Made by a program: the position numbers and the translations under genes. DNA of 64,000 nt. Origin: Deinococcus sp. (GTDB lineage: Bacteria > Deinococcota > Deinococci > Deinococcales > Deinococcaceae). Below the pieces are notes generated by a model. It saw only the letters and a program-made list of their open reading frames with translations. It searched no databases and had not been told where the DNA came from. Positions within the stretch are counted from its first letter, which is position 1, and each line of letters opens with the position of its first letter. The stretch lies in NCBI GenBank assembly GCA_965261005.1, contig OZ253375.1, forward strand, positions 2,208,001 to 2,272,000, given 5' to 3'. Below are positions 58,039 through 64,000 of this stretch, in pieces.

Positions 58039-58450
58039 ACAAAACGACCGGCCCACCCGCGCCGTCTGGCGCTGCCGCCCCTGCCGCTGCTCGACTTCGT
58101 TCACGCGACCTCGCTGGCGCAGGTCAAGCAAAGGGGCGCCCTAATGCTGGGCACCGACCCGCAGTTCGCGCCCTTCGAGTTCAAGAACGACGCGGGCGAG
58201 ATTGTCGGTTTCGGCGTGGACATCGCGCGGGCCATCGCGGGGGACCTCGGCGTGCCGCTCAAAATCGGGAGCGTGGGCTTCGACGCCCTGATGCCCGCCA
58301 GCATCACCTCCGGCCGGGTGGACCTGGCCATGTCGGGCATCACCATCACCCCCGAGCGCGCGGGGGTCGTGAGCTTCAGCAACCCGTACTTTCGCAGCGC
58401 GCAGGTCTTCATCACGCGGAAGGGCAACCCCAAGCAGTTCGATTGGCCGG
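58039..58450 (+). pseudogene. Amino-acid ABC substrate-binding protein remnant (SBP_bac_3)
   Basis: GTDPQFAPFEF..G.IVGF.VDIA, VDLAMSGITITPER...FSNPY; no start codon, truncated after about half a domain. Confidence 0.75.
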
Positions 58451-58598
58451 TGAGTAGCAGGCAAAGGGCGAGAAGGAGCGGCGTTGTTTGGACGTCCCGA
58501 AGCGCGCCAACGCTTCTCACCCAACCATTCATGAAGTTTTTTGTACACTCTGCGCGTTTAGCCTCTGTATTTATCGGTACAATTTCCATAGCGGCTTC

Positions 58599-59648
58599 AT
58601 GACGGACATGCCCAGCAATCTGCTCAAAAAGCGCCTGTACCTGCTGGCGGTGATCATTGCTGTTTTCACGCTGCTGCCGTGGTGGCTATATATGCTGTTC
58701 TACAGCCGCGACAACCTGTTTTTGATTGCGGCGCTGCCGCTGTTGATGTTGAATCTGCTGGTCCTGCTTTGGCGGTACGCGCGGCGGCCCTTGTCCGAGC
58801 GTACCGCGCGGGCCGGTGTCGTGACCATCTTCGTCTTCGCGCTGGGCACCTTGGTCTCCATGCTGCTTTGGCCGTTTCCGGCGGCGCTGCAAGGCGTGGA
58901 GAATTTGTTGCTGATCGTGGTGTCCCTCATCGGGTATCTGCTGCTGCCGGCGCGCACCGCCATGTTGGCCTCGGCCGCGCTGTACGCGGTGACCGTGGTC
59001 CTCACCTGGACCGCGGTCACCGCGCACAGCAACGCGGTTCAGGTTTGGCTGGCCGCCCTGATCCGGCAAGGTGGCTCGCTGGTGGTCATTTTGCTGCTGT
59101 ACATGGTGGCGCACATGCGTCAAGGCTGGAAGACCGAGAGCGTCGTGCGCCAGCGCGAGCAGCGCCTCGCCAACACCGACGCCTTGACCGAGCTGCTCAA
59201 CCGGCGCGGCCTCGGGAGCGTGATCGAGCGCGCGGTGGTGGCGGCGGGCAGCGAGCACTTCTGCGTCGTGCTCACCGACATTGACGCCTTTAAGCGCGTG
59301 AACGATCTGTTCGGGCATCAGACGGGGGACGAGGTGCTGCGGCGCTTTGCGGCGGCCCTGCAAACCGAGCTGCGCGACGGCGACGAGCTGGGGCGTTGGG
59401 GCGGCGAGGAATATTTGCTGGTGCTGCCGCGCACCGACCTCTTGGGCGCCTTGCATGTGGCCGAGCGGCTGCGCGCCCGCATCGAGGCCGCGCCGCTGCT
59501 GGACGGTCACCCGGTCACGGCCAGCTTTGGCGTGTCGGCCTGGCGCGCGGACGATACCTTTGAATTCATGCTGCGCCGGGCCGACCAAGCCCTTTACCGC
59601 GCCAAGGCGGGCGGCAAGAACCGCGTCGTGGCCGAGGCCGAGGCGTAG
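58599..59648 (+). CDS. Membrane-bound diguanylate cyclase
   Basis: About 6 TM helices, TDALTELLNRR, DID.FK.VND.FGH, RDGD I-site, GGEEY. Confidence 0.9.
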   Translation: MTDMPSNLLKKRLYLLAVIIAVFTLLPWWLYMLFYSRDNLFLIAALPLLMLNLLVLLWRYARRPLSERTARAGVVTIFVFALGTLVSMLLWPFPAALQGVENLLLIVVSLIGYLLLPARTAMLASAALYAVTVVLTWTAVTAHSNAVQVWLAALIRQGGSLVVILLLYMVAHMRQGWKTESVVRQREQRLANTDALTELLNRRGLGSVIERAVVAAGSEHFCVVLTDIDAFKRVNDLFGHQTGDEVLRRFAAALQTELRDGDELGRWGGEEYLLVLPRTDLLGALHVAERLRARIEAAPLLDGHPVTASFGVSAWRADDTFEFMLRRADQALYRAKAGGKNRVVAEAEA

Positions 59649-59665
59649 CCCTCACGCTGAGCTTT

Positions 59666-61489
59666 CTACCACACCACGCGGTTGCGGCCCTGGGCCTTGG
59701 CTTGGTAGAGCCGCTTGTCGGCAATGGCCAGCAGCGTTTCTGGCGCCGTCCCGCCGGCGCCGTCGTGGACGAAGGTGCAGACGCCGACACTCACGGTCAC
59801 GCGCAGGTCCGGCCGCACGCTGGCCCAATCGAAGTTGGCCACGTCCGCGCGCAACGCCTCCAAGCGCTGGCGGGCGGCTTCCTCGCCGGCGCCGAACAGC
59901 GCCAGCACGAACTCCTCGCCGCCAAGGCGACCGAAGGCGTCCTGTTCGCCCACGTGCCGGCGAAGAAGAGTACCAAAAATACGCAGCACCTCGTCGCCCA
60001 CCGCGTGCGAGTAGGTATCGTTGACGTGCTTGAAGCGGTCGAGGTCGATTAGCGCCACGCTGAGGGCGCGCGCCTCGCTGCGCGCCCGCGCGTGCAGGCG
60101 CGCGAGGGCGGCAATCGCGTGCCGCCGGTTGGGCAAATTGGTCAATTCGTCATGGTGAGCCAAGCGGTCGAGCCGTTCGGTTTGCTCGCCGAGCCGCGTC
60201 AGTAAGGCGTTCCTTTGCTCGCGCTCGCGCTCCAGGGCGCGCACCGTCCCCGTCAGCGTGGCGTTGGCCGCGCTCAACCGCTCGTTCAGTTGGCGCTGCG
60301 CCTCGGCGGCTTGGCGGGTCTGCTCGATCTCGTGTTGAATCAGCAGAACCTGGGTGTGGCGGCGTTGCGTTTCGCCGAGCAGTTGCTGCTGGGCGTGGTG
60401 GTGGAGCCGCAACTGCTGTAGGGCCGCCTGAAAATTGCCCACGCGCTCGTGAGCTTGCGCCAGCAATTCGTGGGCGGCGCTGACCTCGGGCGCGAGGCCG
60501 GCCTCCTCGGCAATGGCGAGGGTCGCCGCCAACACCTCGCACGCGGGGCCGCTTTGGCCGCCCAGCAGCAGCGCCTCGCCCAAGTGCAGCCGCGCGGTCG
60601 CGCTCAGCAGGGGCGCGCCGAGGGCGTCCGCCAACCCGGCCGTATGCTCGTAGTGCGCCTTGGAGCGCGCCGCCTCGCCGCGTGCCAAGTAAATCTTGCC
60701 CATGTCGAGCAGCAAGAGGACTTCCTCGCGCACGGCGCCGCCGACCTGCCGGATCAAGCCCAGCGCCCTTTCGGCCGTCGCGTGGGCGGCGTCCAGCTGA
60801 CCAAGGCCCAGCTCGGCCAGCATGAAGACGTTCAGGGTGTGCGCCTCCAAACGGCGGTCGCCGAGCTGCCGCGCGAGACGCAGCGCCTCTTGCAGATCGG
60901 TGACTGCACCCTCATGCTGGCCGAGCAGGCAACGGGTGTTGCCGATGTTGGACAGCGTGTTGGCCTGAGGCGCCGTGAATCCGCCGTCCTGCGCCGCTGC
61001 CAGCCCCTGGAGGTAGTAGTCCAAGCCGCCGGCGTAGTCGCCGACCTCGCAAAAGGCGTTGCCCAGGTTGCACAGGCAGCGGCACGCGGTCGCCTGGTCG
61101 CCCAATTCGCGCGCCAGGTGCAGCGCCTCCAGCATGCGGCCGATGGACTGTTCCAGCCGCGAGCTGACCCCGTAGATGATGCCCAGCGTGCCCAGCGCCC
61201 GCGCCTCGCCCGCACGGTGGCCGGTCGCGCGGAACTGCGCGAGCGCCTCCAGACACGACGCCTCGGCCCGCGCGTACTGCGAGCAGCACCACTCCAGCTC
61301 CGCAACCTCAAGCAGGCGCTCGGCGGCCAAGCCTGCCTCTCCCAGCGTGCAGGCGAGTTCGTGCGCCCGCCGGCATAAGTGCAGTGCGTGCATGGGGTCG
61401 GTCTCGCGCGCCGCCTCGATCTCGGTGAGCAGCGTACTCAGATAAACCTCATCCTGAGAGCAAAGGACGGTCTCGGGCGTGTTCATCAT
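59666..61489 (-). CDS. TPR-repeat diguanylate cyclase
   Basis: TPR repeats, coiled coil, DELTNLPNRR, DLD.FK.VND, GGEEF. Confidence 0.9.
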   Translation of the reverse strand: MMNTPETVLCSQDEVYLSTLLTEIEAARETDPMHALHLCRRAHELACTLGEAGLAAERLLEVAELEWCCSQYARAEASCLEALAQFRATGHRAGEARALGTLGIIYGVSSRLEQSIGRMLEALHLARELGDQATACRCLCNLGNAFCEVGDYAGGLDYYLQGLAAAQDGGFTAPQANTLSNIGNTRCLLGQHEGAVTDLQEALRLARQLGDRRLEAHTLNVFMLAELGLGQLDAAHATAERALGLIRQVGGAVREEVLLLLDMGKIYLARGEAARSKAHYEHTAGLADALGAPLLSATARLHLGEALLLGGQSGPACEVLAATLAIAEEAGLAPEVSAAHELLAQAHERVGNFQAALQQLRLHHHAQQQLLGETQRRHTQVLLIQHEIEQTRQAAEAQRQLNERLSAANATLTGTVRALEREREQRNALLTRLGEQTERLDRLAHHDELTNLPNRRHAIAALARLHARARSEARALSVALIDLDRFKHVNDTYSHAVGDEVLRIFGTLLRRHVGEQDAFGRLGGEEFVLALFGAGEEAARQRLEALRADVANFDWASVRPDLRVTVSVGVCTFVHDGAGGTAPETLLAIADKRLYQAKAQGRNRVVW

Positions 61490-61555
61490 AGTGAAGCTAG
61501 TTTAAAAAACGTAGTCTGACAACTTTGTTTCAGGGCGCTGTTTTATTTCAGGGCG

Positions 61556-62710
61556 CTACGCGTCGCTCGGCCCCAGCGCGCGCCGCAGGGCCAGCGCCGC
61601 GATGCCCGCCGCGCCGGCGATCAGCAGCGCGCCGTAGGGAATGGCGCCCGCCCCCACCACCTCGACCAGCCGGCCCACGCCGGCCGGAAACAGGGCCGCC
61701 CCGCCCAGGGCGCCGCTGAGCGCCCAGGTGGTCGCGCCGGGAACGCCCTCCAGCGCGCGGCTGAGCCACAAAAAGCTGCTGGGAAACAGGCTCGCCAGGC
61801 CCGCACCCAGCACAATCACGGCCGCAGGGGCGGCGGGGGGCCAAGCGGCCAGCAGCCAGCACGCGGCGCTCAGGCCCAGCGAACCCAGCACCATCGCGGA
61901 GGGAGCAAAGCGCAGACTCAGCGGGGCGGCCAGCAAGCGCGCCGCGGTAAAGGCGACGAAGTAGAGCGCCGTGAAGTTGGCCGCCCGCGCCGGCGCGCTG
62001 CCCAGCGACACCAGGTAGCTGGCCATCCAGCCGGCGCTGCTCGCCTCAAGGCCCACGCCCAGGGCCAGCAGCGCCACAAAGCCCAGCAGCGCCGGCCGCC
62101 GGCCCGCCGCGTGGGGGGACGATGGCGCCGGCGCTCCCCGGTCGTCGAGTCTCAGGGCCAGCGGCAACAGCAGGGCGGTGGCCGCGCCCACCAGCAAGAA
62201 GGGCCGGCGCGGGTCGCCGCTGAAGGCCCCGATCAGCAGCGGCCCCGCCACGGCGCCCACGCCGAACAGCGCGTTGAGCACGCTGAGCATCGCGCCGCCG
62301 CGCGCGCCGAAGCTGCGCGCGAAGAGGCCGTTGAGGCCAGCCGTGAGGGCGCCGTAGCCCAGGCCGACGGTGAGGGCGCCCAGCAGCGCGAGCGGCCACA
62401 GCGGGGCCAGCCCCACGCCGAGGGCGCCCAGCGACAGCAGCAGCGCGGCGCCGCCCACCCGCCAGCGCGCCATCCGGCGTCCCTCCAGGGCGCCAGCACC
62501 CAGCACGCCCAGCAAGGCGCCCAGGGCGTGGGCGCTCAGCAGCAGCCCCGCCGTCGCCGCCGGCAAGCCGAACAGGCGGCCCAGGCCCGGCAGCGCGGGA
62601 CCGTACAGCGCCTGAACCGCGCCCATCAGCGCGAAGGTCAGAAAGCCCGCCGTCACCCCAGAAAGGGGCAACCCGGGGGTGGACGAAAGTTCGGGTTGAT
62701 GAACGCTCAC
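61556..62710 (-). CDS. MFS transporter (FucP/TsgA-like)
   Basis: GTG overlaps the upstream stop; YGPALP, LNALFGVGA..GP; about 12 TM helices. Confidence 0.8.
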   Translation of the reverse strand: MSVHQPELSSTPGLPLSGVTAGFLTFALMGAVQALYGPALPGLGRLFGLPAATAGLLLSAHALGALLGVLGAGALEGRRMARWRVGGAALLLSLGALGVGLAPLWPLALLGALTVGLGYGALTAGLNGLFARSFGARGGAMLSVLNALFGVGAVAGPLLIGAFSGDPRRPFLLVGAATALLLPLALRLDDRGAPAPSSPHAAGRRPALLGFVALLALGVGLEASSAGWMASYLVSLGSAPARAANFTALYFVAFTAARLLAAPLSLRFAPSAMVLGSLGLSAACWLLAAWPPAAPAAVIVLGAGLASLFPSSFLWLSRALEGVPGATTWALSGALGGAALFPAGVGRLVEVVGAGAIPYGALLIAGAAGIAALALRRALGPSDA

Positions 62711-63900
62711 GCCCGCGCCGCCCGGCCGCCCAGCAGCGCGATGGCGGCGGCCAGGGCGGCGACCAGCCCCAGCCCCGCCGGCAAGCCGGCCCCCTCGGCC
62801 ACGAAGCCGACCAGGGGCGGCCCGGCCAGAAAGCCCAGGTAAGCCAAGGTCGAGACCTGCGCGATAGAGGTGCCGGCGTTGCCGGTCCGTCCGGCCGCGT
62901 CGAAGATGACCGGCACCAGGTTGGCCAGGCCCAGGCCGGCGGCGGCGAAGCCCACCGCCGAGAGAAGGGGCGAGGCGATCAGCAGCGCGCCCGCCAGCCC
63001 CAGCGCGCACAAGGCCGCCCCGCCGCGCAGCAGCGCCGCGCCCCCGAAGCGCGCCCGCGCCCAATCCCCGGAGAGCCGCCCCGCCGTCATGGCGAAGGTA
63101 AAGGCGATAAAGCCGACGCCCGCCGCGCCCGGGCCGCTGCCCAGCACGCTGCGGTAGTACAAGGTGCTCCAATCGGACACGGCGCCCTCGGCCAGCAGGC
63201 CCAGAAAGCCCAGGGCGCCGAGAAGCAGGATGGCGGGGGAGAGGCGGCGCCATCCGGCTGGCCGTTCGCCCGCCCCCGCTCCCTCAGCTTCCGCCTCCTC
63301 GTTGAGGTCGTCACGTTTGGGCAGCAGAACCGGGCCGGCCAACAGCGCCAGCGCGAAAAAGACGGCGGCCACGGCTGACATGTGCGCCAGTGCCCCCACG
63401 CCCCAGCCCAGCACCAGGCTGCCCAGGCCCGCGCCCACCAAGCTGCCCAGGCTCCAGGCCGCGTGAAACGAGGAGAGCACTGGCCGCCCCAAGCGGCGCT
63501 CCACCGCCACCCCTTGCGCGTTCATGGCGACGTCGAGGCCGCCCGTGACCGCCCCGTAGAGGGTGAGCGCCAGCACCTGCCAAATCAAGTTGGGGGCGAG
63601 CAGCAGCGGCAGCAGCGTGAGGGGATTTGCCAGGGCGTAGGCGCGCGTGACCGCTCGGCTGCCCCAGCGCGCGACCAAAGCGCCGGTGGGGGGCATGCTC
63701 AGCAAGCTGCCCACCGCGATGGCGAGCAGCGCCAGGCCCAACACGCCGGTTGTCAGCCCCAGCTTGGCCTTGACGTTCGGAATGTGCAGCGCCCAAGTCG
63801 CGAAGGTGAAGCCGTTCAAAAAGAAGACGGCGGCGGTCGCCCAGCGGGCGCGAACGGCGTGCGGCGGATTGGAAGGGGAAGCGTTGAGCGGCTGCGCCAT
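62707..63900 (-). CDS. MFS transporter (YbjJ-like)
   Basis: FFLNG..ATWA..IP, LDVAMNAQG, SSFHA.WS, EGA..DWS, GFLAGPP. Confidence 0.85.
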   Translation of the reverse strand: MAQPLNASPSNPPHAVRARWATAAVFFLNGFTFATWALHIPNVKAKLGLTTGVLGLALLAIAVGSLLSMPPTGALVARWGSRAVTRAYALANPLTLLPLLLAPNLIWQVLALTLYGAVTGGLDVAMNAQGVAVERRLGRPVLSSFHAAWSLGSLVGAGLGSLVLGWGVGALAHMSAVAAVFFALALLAGPVLLPKRDDLNEEAEAEGAGAGERPAGWRRLSPAILLLGALGFLGLLAEGAVSDWSTLYYRSVLGSGPGAAGVGFIAFTFAMTAGRLSGDWARARFGGAALLRGGAALCALGLAGALLIASPLLSAVGFAAAGLGLANLVPVIFDAAGRTGNAGTSIAQVSTLAYLGFLAGPPLVGFVAEGAGLPAGLGLVAALAAAIALLGGRAARA

Positions 63901-64000
63901 GGAAACACCAACTGCGGAAAGGGGACGTGGGTCTGAAGCGGTCGCGCTGATGGTAGCACTTGGTGGCCGTAGACCCCACTTCTTTCGTAAACTTCGTTTC

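Overview
GC-rich bacterial chromosome segment, most likely Deinococcus or a close relative. This assignment rests on pervasive TAnnnT-N6-start leaderless promoters, a deinoxanthin-type crtO/cruF/cruD/cruC cluster, a SodC-beta-propeller fusion, and Yellow/MRJP and Uma2 genes. Housekeeping content includes rlmB, rpmH-rnpA-yidD-yidC, thrS, initiator tRNA-Met, pnp, two acyl-CoA dehydrogenases, etfBA, upp-wecA-wecB, metK, ppk1, gabT and mscL. Accessory content includes four toxin-antitoxin pairs, an IS5-family remnant, a ~510 bp MITE-like element, two REP-like repeat families, decayed amino-acid ABC genes and a low-GC membrane gene. The most notable observations: (1) two full matches to the DdrO/IrrE radiation-desiccation response motif (RDRM), one before a ppk1-uma2-kptA operon and one before an orphan low-GC membrane gene; (2) a 5-codon leader peptide whose RBS can pair with the RBS of a TetA(P)-like MFS pump; (3) a lycopene cyclase-CruF hydratase fusion; (4) an exact cre-tag before a CreD-like gene; (5) two genes that appear to need CTG start codons; (6) a DUF4258-like toxin paired with a cysteine-less YgiT/MqsA-type HTH antitoxin. 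All family assignments come from recognising motifs by eye; no database searches were run.
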